From contig NIVC01001722.1 of assembly GCA_002269645.1 (NCBI GenBank), forward strand, positions 31,534 to 95,533: 64,000 nt of DNA. The letters are read 5' to 3'. Below the pieces are notes generated by a model, which was not told the DNA's origin, ran no database searches, and was given only the letters and a program-made list of their open reading frames with translations. The stretch is from Macrostomum lignano. Lineage: Eukaryota. How positions within the stretch are numbered: position 1 is the first letter of the stretch; every line of letters begins with the position of its first letter. Of the stretch, positions 28,120-42,042 are shown piece after piece. A program made the translations under genes and the position numbers.

Positions 28120-31100
28120 TCAAAGTTGCAGGCGTTCAGGTGGCTGCCTCCGACGCTGCGGATAGCGCCTCGCCGGACTGCTCGGCCGGTCAGCGGCGGC
28201 GGTGGCCGCGTCATCCTGCGGCGCGTCATTGCCGCCGTCGCCTTCGCTTTGCTCGGTGGGCAGCGAATGCGGTTCATCGGAGACAGCGGCCGGCGTCACC
28301 GGGTCGGCCTCTGGCAGCGAGCTCGTCAGCAGCTGGTCCGTGTGCCGCCGATGGAGAGCGCCGCCGACCTCAACGACACAGTTGCGGGATCCAGCGGACA
28401 CGACGCTGCCCTCCGCCCAGCGGGTGCCGCCGCCAGCCCTAGCGTTGGAGCTGAAGTCGCGCAGTAGAACTCGGTCGCCGACTTGAAACTCGCGCGCATG
28501 CGGCTGCTGCTCGACCTGCCGCTCTTGGTGCTGCTGCATGCTGCTCGTCAGCGATGGCATCAGCAGGTCCAGCCGACTGCGCAGTCTGCGGCCGATGAGC
28601 AGCTGGCTGGGAGCTTCGCCGGTGATCGAGTGCGGCGTGTTGCGGTAGGACAGCAGCATCTGCTGCAGTGCCGCCGTCGAGTGCCCGCTCTTGAGCAGAT
28701 GTCGCTTGAGCACCTGAACGAACCTCTCCGCTTGGCCGTTCGTTGCCGGATGGAACGGCGCCGAGAAAACATGCCGAATGCCGTTGCGCCTTGTGAACTC
28801 GCCGAACTCCGCGGAGGTGAACTGCGTGCCGTTGTCGGAGACCAACACCCGGGGAATGCCCAGTCTGGCGAAGACCTCGCGGAGTCGCTCGATGGTGGCA
28901 GCAGACGTAACGCTGTGCACCTGATGAACCTCCGGCCACTTGCTGAAGGCGTCCACGATGACCAGGTACGTGCGACCGTTAACGGGGCCGGCGAAGTCCA
29001 GGTGCAGCCTCGCCCAAGGTTCAGCAGGAAACGGCCACGGTTGCACCGGCGCTTTGGGCGGGTCGGCCTGGTTCAGCATGCAGGTCCGGCACGACTTGAC
29101 GGTCATCGCAAGCTGCTCGTCCAGGCCGGGCCACCAGACGTAGCTGCGGGCTAGCGCTCGCATGCGGTTGATGCCGGGATGCGCCTGGTGCAGCTCGTCC
29201 AGCACGCCTTGTCGCAGAACCGCGGGCACCACGACGCGGGCGCCCCACAGCACGCAGCCTTGTTCAACGCTCAGCTCGTCCTGGCGCCTCGAGAAGTCGA
29301 TGAGATCGGCGCCAGCCATTGGCGCGCCAGTCTGCAGACAGCGAAGCACCCGGCCGAGAATGGCATCCGAGCGAGTGCTGCGCGCGACCGCCTGAGCCGT
29401 TATGGCGGACCCGGTCTCCTCATCCAGTAGCAGGGCGTTGACGGCCGGCTCTTCCTCAAACTGCCTCGGCAATGGCAGCCGGGACAGAGAGTCGCAGTTG
29501 GCGTGCTTGCTGGTGGGCCGGAACTCCAGCGAGTAGTCGTAACCGGCCAAACGGATCGCCCAGCGCTGCATGCGAGCCGCGGCGTGCTCTGGAATCGCCT
29601 TGTTTTCACCGAGAAGTCCTAGGAGCGGCTTGTGGTCGGTCACGATGACGAACTTGCGGCCTTGGAGGAACTGATTGAAGCGCTGGAGGCCGAACATGAT
29701 CGCTAGCGCCTCCTTGTCTAACTGCGAGTAGCCCTTTTGAGCCGTCGTCAGGCTGCGACTTGCGAAGGCAATGGCTCAGTCCTGGCCGTCCACTCGGTGC
29801 GTCAGCACCACGCCGAGACCATAGGGGCTGGCGTCGCACTCTAGCCGCAGCGACAGCTTGGCGTCATAATGCATCAGCACCGGAGACTCGAGCAGAAGAC
29901 GCTTGGACTTCTCGAAGGCTATCTGCTGAGGCTCCCCCCACGTCCAGCGCGTGTTCTTAGTCAGCAGCTGATTCAGGGGAGCGACAACCGTGGACAGATG
30001 AGGCAGAAATTTGCCGTAGTGCGTCAACATGCCCAAATAAGCTCGGAGTTGACTGCAGTCTGCGGGTGGCGGGGCGTCCTGCACCGCCTTCACCTTCTCT
30101 GTCAGCGGCCGCAGTCCGTTGCTGTCGATCCGGTGGCCCAGATACTCGACCGAATCGCGGAACAACTCGCACTTGTCTTTGTTCAGCCGTAGGCCCGCCT
30201 CCCGTAGGCGCTGAAGGACCTTGATAAGATTCTCGCGATGATGCTGCAGCGTCTTGCCCGTCACCAGGATGTCGTCCACAAAGACTTGCACAGACTCTAG
30301 GTCACCGAGCAGCGAGTCTAGCGTGCGCTGGAATACCGCACTGGCGCAGTTGATGCCGAACGGCATGCGGTTCAGCTGGTACAGGCCTCGCTGCGTGTTG
30401 ATGGTCAAGAAGGGCTTGCTGTCCTCAGACAATGGCAGCTGCAGGAAGGCGTTTGACATGTCCAGCTTGGACCATTTGCAGCCGCCACCCAGCTTTGCAA
30501 ATAAGTCCTCAATGCGCGGCAGTGGGTACAGCTCCGGCCTGGACTCTGCGTTGTAGGTGAGCTTGTAGTCGCCGCAGATCCTCACCGAACCGTCCTTCTT
30601 GACAACAGGCACAATTGGCGCAGCCCAGTCGGAATGTTTGACTGGCGTGATGATGCCGTCAGTCTCCATCCGTCGAAGTTCCTGATCGACGCGCTCCCGG
30701 AGTGCATAGGGGACCGGTCTGGCCTTGAAAAAGCGCGGCTTCGCCTCAGTCGGCATGTGCAGTTTCACCTCGCCGTGCCGATAGGTGCCAAGGCCGCCTT
30801 GGAAGACCTCGGGGAACTGCGCGAGCAGATCAGCTGCTTGTCCGGTCACTGAGTTGACCTGACCAAGGATCGTCGGCCAGGCCAATCTCAGCTGCGTCAG
30901 CCAGTCGCGACCCAGTAGTGCGACATCGCCTTGCTCGACCACAAGCAGCGTCAACCGCCGATCTTGGCCATTATGCTGAACTGCGACCTCTGCCTGTCCG
31001 ATGGGTCGAAAGCTCTCGCCCGTGAAGGTGCGCAGCACCGTGGATGTCGGCGACAGACGGAGACCCGGCAGGACATCATCTTGGAGACTCTTCGGGATGA

Positions 31101-32055
31101 CGGTGAGGGCGGAGCCGGTATCCACCTCGAAGCGACATGGCTTGCCTTGGAGCAGCAGCTCGACCGCCAGACCCTTGCTGGATCCGCTCTGCCTAATGCT
31201 GAAGAGGGGCTCCTGCTGCTCAGACGGCTCTGGGTCCAGCTTGTGCAGCTTTGAAGACCTGCACACCTTGCGGATGTGCCCGACTTTGCCGCAGTTATGG
31301 CACTTGGCCTCACGAAGCTTGCACTGCTGCCGACTGTGGGCGCCGCCGCAGCTTGCACACGCGCCTGAGGCAGCAGCTGACCGCATAGCGTTGGCTTGAG
31401 CTCCGGGCGGCTGCCGGGGAGCCTGCTTGTTGAATTTGTTGAGCTCTTTGGGCGCAGCGGGCTTCTTGTGGAGACGCAGGTGGGCAACTGCTTCAGCACG
31501 GTGCGCCATCTCCGACGACGATTTCTCCGCTGCCTCCAATGCGTCGACTCTGGCCACGAGCGTCTTGAAGTCGGGCTGTTCGATCTCCAGCAGCTTTGCA
31601 CGGTGCACGTCACTGCGGAGACCGAAGACAAACTGGTCGCGCAGTCTCTCGTCCAGAGTGCTGATGCAGTGGGATCCGTCTGACCCGTCCAGAGTGAACT
31701 CAAATTTGCAATGCTCCGAGGCAGCCTTTAGGCCAGCAATAAAGTCCGCGAGACTCTCGCCGGGCTTCTGCACGCGCTGTTGAAAGCGGAATCTGGCGGA
31801 TAACATTGACGTCTTGGGAGAGTAATGTGCCCTCAAGACAGCAGCTAAGTCTGAGTATGACTTGGAGGTCACCGTTTCCGGCAGGCACAGATTCCGAAGA
31901 ACCTTGTAAGCGTCTTCTCCGATGGCGGTCACCAGCGTGGCGACCTTCGCCTCGTCTCGGACTTCTTTACAGATGAAGTATTGTTCGAGCCTCTCTAGGT
32001 ATACCTCAATGTCAGAGTTTGCAGAGAGTTCTGGAATTCTACCAGTTGTAGCCAT
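28120..32055 (-). pseudogene. gag-pol polyprotein (~1311 codons) with one in-frame TGA at 29778-29776
   Basis: Two gag zinc knuckles (CASCGGAHSRQQC, CHNCGKVGHIRKVC), protease VDTGS, RT FVDD, RNase H CDAS...EALA...TDHKPL, integrase HHCC and DFAG/SDNG/ERF. ORFs 29776-32055 and 28120-29697 share a frame; the junction reads DGQD*AIAFASRSL. Confidence 0.93.
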
Positions 32056-32058
32056 TTT

Positions 32059-32068
32059 CTCGTCGCCA
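32059..32068 (-). other. Primer-binding site TGGCGACGAG (tRNA-Ser(GCU)-like)
   Basis: 1 nt from the 5' LTR; complementary to the CTCGTCGCCA 3' end known for metazoan tRNA-Ser(GCU). The gag ATG follows 3 nt later. Confidence 0.75.
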
Positions 32069-32069
32069 A

Positions 32070-32208
32070 TGTGAAATTATGAGCCGAGTGATTGTAGTTA
32101 GAAGTAGAAAAGGAAGGACACGTGAAACTCTCCACGCGCGGTGTTGTATTTATTTATATTGATTTACTGACTCAGCACAGACAGAGATTAGGGGTGGGTG
32201 ACTGAACA

Positions 32209-32284
<76 letters not shown>

Positions 32285-32409
32285 AATAACCAACTCCAAA
32301 CCCCACCGACACTGGGGTGGCAAAAGTGCACTAGATCTAAAAAATAAACAAATAATAATAACTAACTGAGAGACCTAGCCAAGCCATACACATAACTAAC
32401 TATCTGACA
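32070..32409 (-). repeat. 5' LTR, 340 bp, contains (AG)35
   Basis: See 3' LTR. Confidence 0.95.
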
Positions 32410-35100
32410 GTCTCCTTCTCCCCTACCGTCTCCTCCCCTACCGTCTCACTCTCTCCTACCGTCTCCCTCTCCCCTACCGTCTCCTTCTCCCTACCGTCTC
32501 ACTCTCCCCTACCGTCTCACTCTCCTACAGTCTCACTCTCTCCTACAGTCTCACTCTCTCCTACTCTCCCCTACCGTCTCACTCTCCCCTACCGTCTCAC
32601 TCTCCCCTACCGTCTCCTCCCCTACCGTCTCACTCTCCCCTACCGTCTCACTCTCCCCTACCGTCTCCTCCCCTACCGTCTCACTCTCCCCTACCGTCTC
32701 ACTCTCCCCTACCGTCTCACTCTCCCCTACCGTCTCACTCTCCCCTACCGTCTCACTCTCCCCTACCGTCTCACTCTCCCCTACCGTCTCACTATCCCCT
32801 ACCGTCTCACTCTCCCCTACCGTCTCACTCTCCCCTACCGTCTCACTCTCTCCTACAGTCTCACTCTCTCCTACAGTCTCACTCTCTCCTACTCTCCCCT
32901 ACAGTCTCACTCTCCCCTACTGTCTCCTTCTCCCCTACCGTCTCACTCTCTCCTACAGTCTCACTATCCTCTACAGTCTCACTTTCCCCTACATTCTCAC
33001 TCTCCCCTACGGTCTCACTCTTCCCTACCGTCTCACTCTCCCCTACCGTCTCACTCTCCCCTACCGTCTCACTCTCCCCTACCGTCTCACTCTCCCCTAC
33101 CGTCTCACTCTCTCCTACAGTCTCACTCTCTCCTACAGTCTCACTCTCTCCTACTCTCCCCTACAGTCTCACTCTCCCCTACTGTCTCCTTCTCCCCTAC
33201 CGTCTCACTCTCTCCTACAGTCTCACTATCCTCTACAGTCTCACTTTCCCCTACATTCTCACTCTCCCCTACGGTCTCACTCTTCCCTACCGTCTCACTC
33301 TCCCCTACCGTCTCCTTCTCCCCTACCGTCTCCTTCTCCCCTACCGTCTCCTTCTCCCCTACCGTCTCCTTCTCCCCTACCGTCTCCTTCTCCCCTACCG
33401 TCTCCCTCTCCTCTACCGTCTCCTTCTCCCCTACCGTCTCCCTCTCCCCTACCGTCTCCCTCTCCCCTACCGTCTCCTTCTCCCCTACCGTCTCACTCTC
33501 TCCTACAGTCACCTTCTCCCCTACGGTCTCCTTCTCCCCTACAGTCACCTTCTCCCTTACGGTCTCCTTCTCCCCTACTGTCTCCCTCTCCCCTACCGTC
33601 TCCCTCTCCCCTACCGTCTCCCTCTCCCCTACCGTCTCCTTCTCCCTACCGTCTCCTTCTTCCCTACCGTCTCCTTCTCCCTACCGTCTCACTCTCCCCT
33701 ACAGTCACCTTCTCCCCTACGGTCTCCTTCTCCCCTACAGTCACCTTCTCCCCTACGGTCTCCTTCTCCCCTACAGTCTCCTTCTTCCCTACCGTCTCAC
33801 TCTCTCCTACCGTCTCACTCTCTCCAACAGTCTCACTCTCTCCTACTCTCCCCTACAGTCTCACTCTCCCCTACTGTCTCCTTCTCCCCTACCGTCTCCT
33901 CCCCTACCGTCTCACTCTCCCCTACCGTCTCCTTCTCCCCTACCGTCTCACTCTCTCCTACAGTCTCACTATCCTCTACAGTCTCACTTTCCCCTACATT
34001 CTCACTCTCCCCTACGGTCTCACTCTTCCCTACCGTCTCACTCTCCCCTACCGTCTCCTTCTCCCCTACCGTCTCCTTCTCCCCTACCGTCTCCTTCTCC
34101 CCTACCGTCTCCTTCTCCCCTACCGTCTCCTTCTCCCCTACCGTCTCCTTCTCCCCTACCGTCTCCCTCTCCTCTACCGTCTCCTTCTCCCCTACCGTCT
34201 CCTTCTCCCCTACCGTCTCCTTCTCCCCTACTGTCTCCCTCTCCCCTACCGTCTCCCTCTCCCCTACCGTCTCCTTCTCCCTACCGTCTCCTTCTTCCCT
34301 ACCGTCTCCTTCTCCCTACCGTCTCACTCTCCCCTACCGTCTCCTTCTCCCTACCGTCTCCTTCTCCCTACCGTCTCCTTCTCCCCTACGGTCTCCTTCT
34401 CCCCTACAGTCACCTTCTCCCCTACGGTCTCCTTCTCCCCTACAGTCTCCTTCTTCCCTACCGTCTCACTCTCTCCTACCGTCTCACTCTCTCCTACCGT
34501 CTCACTCTCTCCAACAGTCTCACTCTCCCCTACTGTCTCCTTCTCCCCTACCGTCTCCTCCCCTACCGTCTCACTCTCCCCTACCGTCTCACTCTCCCCT
34601 ACCGTCTCCTCCCCTACCGTCTCACTCTCCCCTACCGTCTCACTCTCCCCTACTGTCTCCTTCTCCCCTACCGTCTCACTCTCCCCTACAGTCTCACTCT
34701 CCCCTACAGTCTCACTCTCTCCTACAGTCTCCTTCTCCCCTACCGTCTCCTCCCCTACCGTCTCCTTCTCCCCTACCGTCTCCTCCCCTACCGTCTCACT
34801 CTCCCCTACCGTCTCACTCTCCCCTACCGTCTCCCTCTCTCCTACAGTCTCACTCTCTCCTACAGTCTCACTCTCTCCTACAGTCTCACTCTCTCCTACT
34901 CTCCCCTACAGTCTCACTCTCCCCTACTGTCTCCTTCTCCCCTACCGTCTCACTCTCTCCTACAGTCTCACTATCCTCTACAGTCTCACTTTCCCCTACA
35001 TTCTCACTCTCCCCTACGGTCTCACTCTCCCCTACCGTCTCACTCTCTCCTACTCTCCCCTACCGTCTCACTCTCCCCTACCGTCTCCTTCTCCCCTGCC
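32410..35100. repeat. 18-bp CT-rich minisatellite, right part, with recurring blocks of variant units
   Basis: A variant block (..CACTATCCTCTACAGTCTCACTTTCCCCTACATTC..) recurs near 32960, 33220, 33965 and 34970. Confidence 0.95.
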
Positions 35101-35972
35101 GTCTCACCACGGCATGGCTCACTCTCCCTCCCATTCTAGCTCTCCTCTCGCCCGCTCTTTACTCACATTTTCTTCATACTGGCTCAAATCTGTGGACCTG
35201 CAGCACTCTGTTTCTGCATAGCATGCAGTCAACTCTAAATACTACTCGTACAAATATCTATGGCCAGATCCGTCTCACAGGCACCCGATGTCTTGAGAAT
35301 GGAAGCAGTTTGAAACCGCTCCTGTCTCATTCCAGATCTTTGCTACAGTTTCACTGCAAGCAGGCAATTTGCTTGTCTTTCCTAACTAGTTGCAGCACCC
35401 GCTACGTACCATAACTACGAGCGTATGCCTGAATTATTATTATTTCACTTGGAAAGACCTCCAGGGGTGGCGCCGCAGCGACCCTGGCAGTCCAACTGGA
35501 GATAAAGCGATTTGCGGCCTTGCACTGCATTGCACCAAAAATTTAATCAGTACGTGTATCAAAAAATATAAGCAAATTAGCGAATTAGCGAATTGACCAG
35601 AAGTAAATAAGTGACTCTGAACTGCTGGTTCCAGTTTTTTAAATGACATTTCAATGAGAAGAGAATACGTCAATATGGCGTACATTTTATGGCATTCCTG
35701 ACATTGATGATGCATCAGCTCTAGTGAATCTCTTTAACAAGACATGAGTCCAGTTTCTTCTGCCCCATGGGACACAGCTGCTCTGCATGGCTCGAGATGC
35801 AACTTGCTTAAATGTCCACAAAGTCCTTTGATCAAAGATTTGAGACTGCATGTCTTTTGCTAAGCAAGTCAATTTGCCTTTCAAATGAGCAGGTATAGAA
35901 AAGCAATTTTAATAGCATACGAGACACCGAAAATCCCTGCTGTGCATGTATGTCCTTCAATACTTGAAATGA

Positions 35973-36168
35973 CACAGTCTGCTTGTCTCTGACACAGGGT
36001 GCCTGCATCTGACACAGTCTGCTTGTCTCTGACAGGGTGCCTGCCTGCATCTGACACAGTCTGCTTGTCTCTGACAGGGTGCCTGCCTGCATCTGACACA
36101 GTCTGCTTGTCTCTGACACAGGGCGCCTGCCTGCATCTGACACAGTCTGCTTGTCTCTGACACAGGGT
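35973..36168. repeat. ~42-bp minisatellite, 4-5 copies
   Basis: CTGACACAGTCTGCTTGTCTCTGACAGGGTGCCTGCCTGCAT units. Confidence 0.85.
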
Positions 36169-36318
36169 GCACTACTTGATTTGAGAGTTGGCTGGCTGTG
36201 CATGAGCCGTGAACGTGGAAGATTGAAAACGGAATGAGGCCGGTTTTCCAGCGAATCCCCCAATGACTCAGCCAACACCACCCCAACGCCCCAGTGTCAA
36301 GCCAGCGCACTGCATGAG

Positions 36319-36398
36319 CCAATAAGCGGCCAGGCGGCCTTAAAACCGGTTTCGGGAAATCCCCTGCCAGCCCCTGCATTTCTACAGTGTATATAAAA
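36319..36398 (+). promoter_or_regulatory. Candidate glutamine synthetase core promoter (CCAAT 36319-36323, TATAAAA 36392-36398)
   Basis: Canonical motifs at typical spacing, ~110 nt upstream of the ATG at 36507. Confidence 0.5.
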
Positions 36399-36506
36399 GC
36401 AAAAGCATAAGTAGAAAACCCGCAAATCTGATCATAGGCCCGGACTTTGCTGCAACTGAACGTTTGAAGTTGATATCTTTCACCAAAAACAGGCCAGACA
36501 ATAGAC

Positions 36507-39500
36507 ATGCTCGGCATTACGCAGACAACGAATAAAACTACTCTTCTGGTGAGTCGCGAGAGGTTTTATCGAACCATATTACTAACATGGACGTTGTTAG
36601 ACAGCTAATAATACTTTTAACTAATTCTAACAACAGAGGTACTTGGCGCTGCCACAGCCGGAGGACAAGGTCCAGTGCATGTACATCTGGATTGACGGTA
36701 CCGGAGAGAATTTGAGAGCAAAAACGCGCACAGTTGATTTTGTACCGAAACAGGCGACAGGTGAGCAAAATCAAAAATGGAGTTCTCGTCTTTGTTTTTA
36801 GTTCAAAATTCTGGCCGAACTTTAATGAAATTACGGGCATGACCCCGAGCTCCATTAAACTGCGCCATTTCCACTTCAATTTTATTGCGACCACTTTTCC
36901 CAGGCGGGTCAGCTGACCCCGTTTGACACCCCTGGCTGCTGGCTCCGCCATTGAGTAAAGTTCTGCTCTCCCTTCCATCTTGCCGCATTCAATTCAATTC
37001 AAACAGTTCAATTCTTTTTTCTGAAAATTTTCAAGGGAATCTAGATTCTCGAACCTCTGAATTTCTCAGGGGTCAGGTGACCTTTTTTGACCCCCAAAAT
37101 CTGCCGTTGCCTTGATAATTATCTTTATTCGTAGATCATGGGGTAAATTTTTCGTCTCCTATGTGGTTGCTTGTCATTTTTTGTATCTTATAGAGTGCAA
37201 GGTACTGACTGATTATAATCTTGATTAAGTGAACTTTGCGATAATGAAAACAATTTTCCTTCACAAACATTCTCTGTGAAAGTTTTAGCCTGTACTCCTT
37301 TGCATTTCGGCTGAATTAAAACTGAATTATCACTGCACGGGTCGCTTGCGTGCTCCACAGCTGACTGGCTATGTACATTGTCAATGTACGGGGCCTCGTG
37401 TCAGTTATACAAGGGAAAGAAAGAGGGTTGACTGGGACTGACTTCGGGCTGAAGTGGCAGGCCCCCACCCCCTCCCTAGCGGACTTGTAAGTAGCGATGA
37501 GAAAACCCTCCTGAGGGGCGGGGTGAAATAGCTCGGGTTTCCTAACTGTCACGCGTTGTCCGCGTGACCAACAAAATTTACCGGACTAAGCTGGTTCCAC
37601 CCCGTGCGACGTGTGCGAGCCCCGTCAAGGCGAGGCGACCTGCCTTTTCAAAATCTTGATTCCTATGGCATGGCATGGGTCTATTTATTTCTAAGATACA
37701 CACAGCAATATGAAAAAATTCCACCCAAGATCATCAGTGTCCACTTTTTCTAAGATCTCGGTCCAACGTCCAATTGTGACGAAATTCACACCACGACTGC
37801 CGGTGCTTGTCTCGGCTGAATGCAAATTGCGTCACCACTCTCACCAGGCCCTAGCTTAGGCTGGTGAGGAGGGGTACGAGATTTACGAATCCCATCTCGT
37901 ATGAGAAGTTATGGTTAGAGTTGGACTTAAGTTGCAAGTTGTTGACAACTGCATGGTTTCGTGGTATGATTAAAGACCTCATTCTCAGCATGCAGCATAG
38001 GGGTGGTGACAGAACTACTTTAAGCAGTCCCTACCTTCAAAACTCCTTGGCCGTAGTTTGGATTAGAACAGTGGGACCTTGCTATCGGACCACAACCCAA
38101 GCTACCAATTCTCCATCTAAGGCGGGTGCCCCTGAGAGGGTGATGGCTGATCCCCATGTCTGATCTGAGCTAGCAAAAGTGCCTGGCAAGACTTTTAGAC
38201 AATGTTCGTACTATGCTACTGATAGTAGGGAGAGTTGAGAAGCTAGAGGAATAGTAATCACAAATATGACGCCAATGAACTAACTTAACTGTTTTGACAA
38301 TTGTACTCCTCTTTTGTGAGTCTGGCGTCATTGGTTCCCATTTTTTTTGAGGCTGAATCCTACTTTCTCTCCCCTGACACCTATTTTAATACCTTTGACA
38401 CCTATAGTTTGTCTCCCCTGACACTCACTTTGTCGCTTAACGTCACTGCTAACTACCTTGGTCGTACGTTGTGCAGCTTCAGCCCCCCATAAAGAATAAA
38501 AAAGTTGCATAACTCCCCCCGCAGAGCTGCCAATCTGGAACTTCGATGGCTCCAGCACCGGGCAGGCGGAGGGCCACAACTCCGATGTCATGATCCACCC
38601 GGTGGCCCTGTTCAAGGACCCGTTTCGCGGCAACAACAATAAGCTGGTGCTGTGCGAAACCTACCGCCACGATGGCGCGGTGCATCCTAGTAACAAGCGC
38701 AACTCCTGCAACCAGGTGATGCAGAAAGCCAAAGGTTTCGAGCCCTGGTTCGGCATTGAGCAGGAGTACACTCTGCTGGACACGGACCTGCACCCCTTCG
38801 GCTGGCCTAAGAACGGCTTCCCCGGGCCGCAGGGTCCCTACTACACCGGGGTGGGCGCCAACAATGTCCACGGTCGCGACATTGTGGAGTCGCACTACCG
38901 GGCTTGTCTGTACTCGGAGATCAAAATCTCCGGCGAGAACGCTGAGGTCATGCCGGCGCAGTGGGAGTTCCAGGTGAGGTTGCCGCCACTCTTTCACAAC
39001 GGTTTAGCTGGAAGAAACAGTAGTCATGTGACTGCTCTCAACCAATAGCGACCTACATGTGTGTGTGTGCAAGAGAGAACGCCGCGCCAGGCACTATCGA
39101 GACTGCAATGACTCATCGAAGTGCCAATGGACGCAATTACTAATAATTTTAATGAAATTTCACTCTGTGCCAAAAACAGTTGTCTTCCGATTATAAAAGC
39201 CAAACATACTGCTTTCAGTAGGTAGAATGACGCTGTACAATGCAAGCGTTCTCGCTTCTATTTTCAGGTTGGCCCGTGCGAAGGCATCAGCATGGGCGAT
39301 CACCTGTGGGTGGCCAGGTTCCTGTTGCACCGGGTGGCCGAAGACTTCGGCGTTGTGGTCTCCTTCGACCCCAAGCCGATGCCGGGCGACTGGAATGGCG
39401 CCGGCGCCCATGCCAACTACAGCACCAAGGAGATGCGCGCGCCAGGCGGCATGAAGGCCATGGTGGAGGCCATCGAGAGGCTGGGCAAGCGGCACGCCGC

Positions 39501-40118
39501 CCACATCAGGGCCTACGATCCCAACGGCGGAAACGACAACCGAAGGCGGCTCACTGGCCGGCACGAGACATCAAGCATCGATAATTTTAGCTATGGTGAG
39601 CTCGCTTAGGGCCAGGTGGGGCACTAACAGGTGCCCTAAAGCTTGCCCCTGAGATTAAAGCGATCGAATGTTAATTAGTTAGTTCACTGGATGTGAACAG
39701 CCGATCCAGCAGCCAGGGACGGTGCATTAGATCAGTGCGGCCGAGTGCAGAATCGACCCGTGGAACCGTCGAGTGGGGGACTCTAGCGATAGAGAGTCGG
39801 ACGACGCGTTCTAGCGCTAAGCTGCTCTGCCCTAAGCAGCCAAATCATCAATGTGTCATTCCAAATCCAGGGGAATGGGCAGCAGTGCCTCAGCGCCAGG
39901 GTGCCCCGCAGCATTGCCGATTATATTTTTAATAACTCTACCTAAATTCGCGCCCCTCCGCAGGCGTGGCCCACCGAGGCTCGTCCATCCGCATCCCGCG
40001 TCAGTGCAGCGACGACGGCTGCGGCTACATCGAGGACCGGCGGCCTTCGTCCAACTGCGACCCGTACTCGGTCACCGAGATGCTGGTCCGCACCACCTGT
40101 TTGAATGAGACCGACTAA
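36507..40118 (+). CDS. GLUL: Glutamine synthetase type II, 5 exons, 365 aa
   Basis: Exons 36507-36548, 36637-36760, 38525-38973, 39268-39595, 39964-40118; all GT-AG and in phase (1098 nt). Motifs [72 protein letters not shown]. Confidence 0.96.
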
Positions 40119-40654
40119 TTCTCCAAAAGTGATCTTACCGTAATCAACTGTTTAGTATAGAAGCGCTGACTGCCCTGCCCAGGCCTGCTTGTTATTATTA
40201 AAAGTACATCTGCGTCAGGTATGCACCGAGCTTTGGGTCATATCATACGTGTTCTTATTATCTATGAGTACTAATCTGTCCTATCAGAATCCCAATGCCA
40301 GTTATAATCAATTCCTCAACATTAAAGTTTTAACTTCACCCCCGATGACTAACATTTCGCTTATCATTAACCTGAGGTAGTTGCTTAGAGTTATAACAAA
40401 ATATTTTACAAATTTACCCTCTGTCAAGACTTTTTCGTATCTTTGCGCTGTGTCTGTCTCTCATGTAATTTGCATAAACTTTTCTTTATTGTTTAACTTT
40501 TAACCCAAACAGTCATGTAGTCTTTAAAATGATTATATTTCAATATTTCCGTACAAGATATTTTTGCTTCCAATTAAATAAATAATTACCCTCCACACTA
40601 AGTACAAACTCGTTCAGTGCCGTGTCGTTTCGGACTACAAAATCCTTCAGACTC

Positions 40655-40848
40655 TGACCCAGGCCACTCAGAACAGATTCAGACCCTGACACAGATCTCT
40701 GAGACCCTGACACTCTGCCCTGAGACCCTGTTGTAGATCTCTGAGACCCTGACACAGATCTCTGAGACCCTGACACAGATCTCTGAGTTCCTGACACAGA
40801 TCTCTGAGACCCTCACACAGATCTCTGAGACCCTGACACAGACCCCTG
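40655..40848. repeat. 21-bp minisatellite (CCCTGACACAGATCTCTGAGA)
   Basis: About 9 tandem units. Confidence 0.88.
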
Positions 40849-41639
40849 TGTGGTCCTGAACCCACATTCCATTCATACCAAATCACTTTATGCTTCATTT
40901 CGAAGCTGTCGATACAATACAGCTACCAGTTCACAGAAATTCAAGCGATAGCTACTACTGCACACTTTGACAGTAGTAAATTATGGAAATTTTGCAACAG
41001 TATGCGTAGTAAAAGAACAACCGGATTGAATTCGGAATTCCCACCGCACCGGACACAAATCAGTTTCGACCAATTGGGCTGCCAGCTACACCTGCTGACA
41101 TTCAAGTCGTGACGACAGGTGTAGATTGATTAATAGCTTGCTTTTAGAAGCAGCAAGCCGGAGATCTGTGGTGCAGAACTGGGTCGTTTATCATCTCGGA
41201 AGGTTCCGGTTAGTCAAAACCATGAACTACCAGCTGCATACCTGATACCTGATTAGTAAACTTCTTGCGGACTCGTCTTCATGCATCCACTTATAGTTGT
41301 TGACTGGAATTGATGGCCATGGCAATTAATAATAAGATGTGGCACATACAAACTGGATTGATGATGCACAGTTTTTTTCTCCTGTGGATTAAATGCTGGC
41401 ACGGAGTTCTTATCGCCGCCGAGTACAACAGCAGTAGCTTTAAGTCGGTTGTCTTAGAAATGACCTGGAGGCCAGTAAGTAATTCGGATATTTGTTCTTT
41501 TGCTGTTGCATTTTGTATTCTTTCTAGAGAATACTGGTTATACTGGAGCATATATTAAAGGCACTAGCGACACGACAAATATCCAGCCTCCGGCATGTCG
41601 CTCTTCTGTCTTGTTTTCTGAATCTCTGTCTAAGTGTCT

Positions 41640-41965
41640 TAGTTTCTCAGTCTCTCAGTCTGTTAGTGTCCTAATTAGCGCCCTTCTTAGTGTCTTATTG
41701 TCTTAGTGCCTAGTGTCTTAGTGTCTTAGTGTCTTAGTGCCTATTGTCTCAGTATTCTAGTGTCTTAGTATCTGTCCTAATGTCTTAGTGTCTTAGCGTC
41801 ATAGTGCCTTAGTGCCTTAGTGTTTTTGTTTCTTAGTGTCTTAGTGTCTTAGTATTCTAGTGTCTCAGTATCTGTCTTAGTGTCTTAGTGCCTTAATTCC
41901 TTAGTGTCTAATAAGTGCCTTGTCTTAGCGTCTTGTGTCCTAGTGCCTTAGTGTCTTAGTGTCTT
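41640..41965. repeat. Degenerate (TTAGTGTC)n array, left part; resumes ~44170-44345
   Basis: The same 8-bp motif lies on both sides of the foldback element. Confidence 0.85.
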
Positions 41966-41995
41966 GGAAAATGAATCCGAAAATCAACATAATGT

Positions 41996-42042
41996 AAGTA
42001 AAGACGCGTTTCGCACTCCTAGGTGCATCTTCAGGTTTATTT
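41996..42042 (-). ncRNA. Minimal type I hammerhead ribozyme (PLE pLTR)
   Basis: CUGAAGA-U-GCAC[CUAGGA]GUGC-GAAA-CGCG-UC (core 42034-42003), with palindromic CGCG in place of stem III and a GUC cleavage triplet. Confidence 0.75.

Noticed and set aside
29776-29778. Programmed stop-codon read-through in the Gypsy element
   Set aside because: Known read-through sites lie at gag/pol or pol/env boundaries, not inside RNase H; a point mutation is simpler.
37320-37860. GC-richer, hairpin-containing segment in GLUL intron 2, possibly a TE terminus or structured RNA
   Set aside because: I could not define TIRs, TSDs or a known RNA fold by eye.
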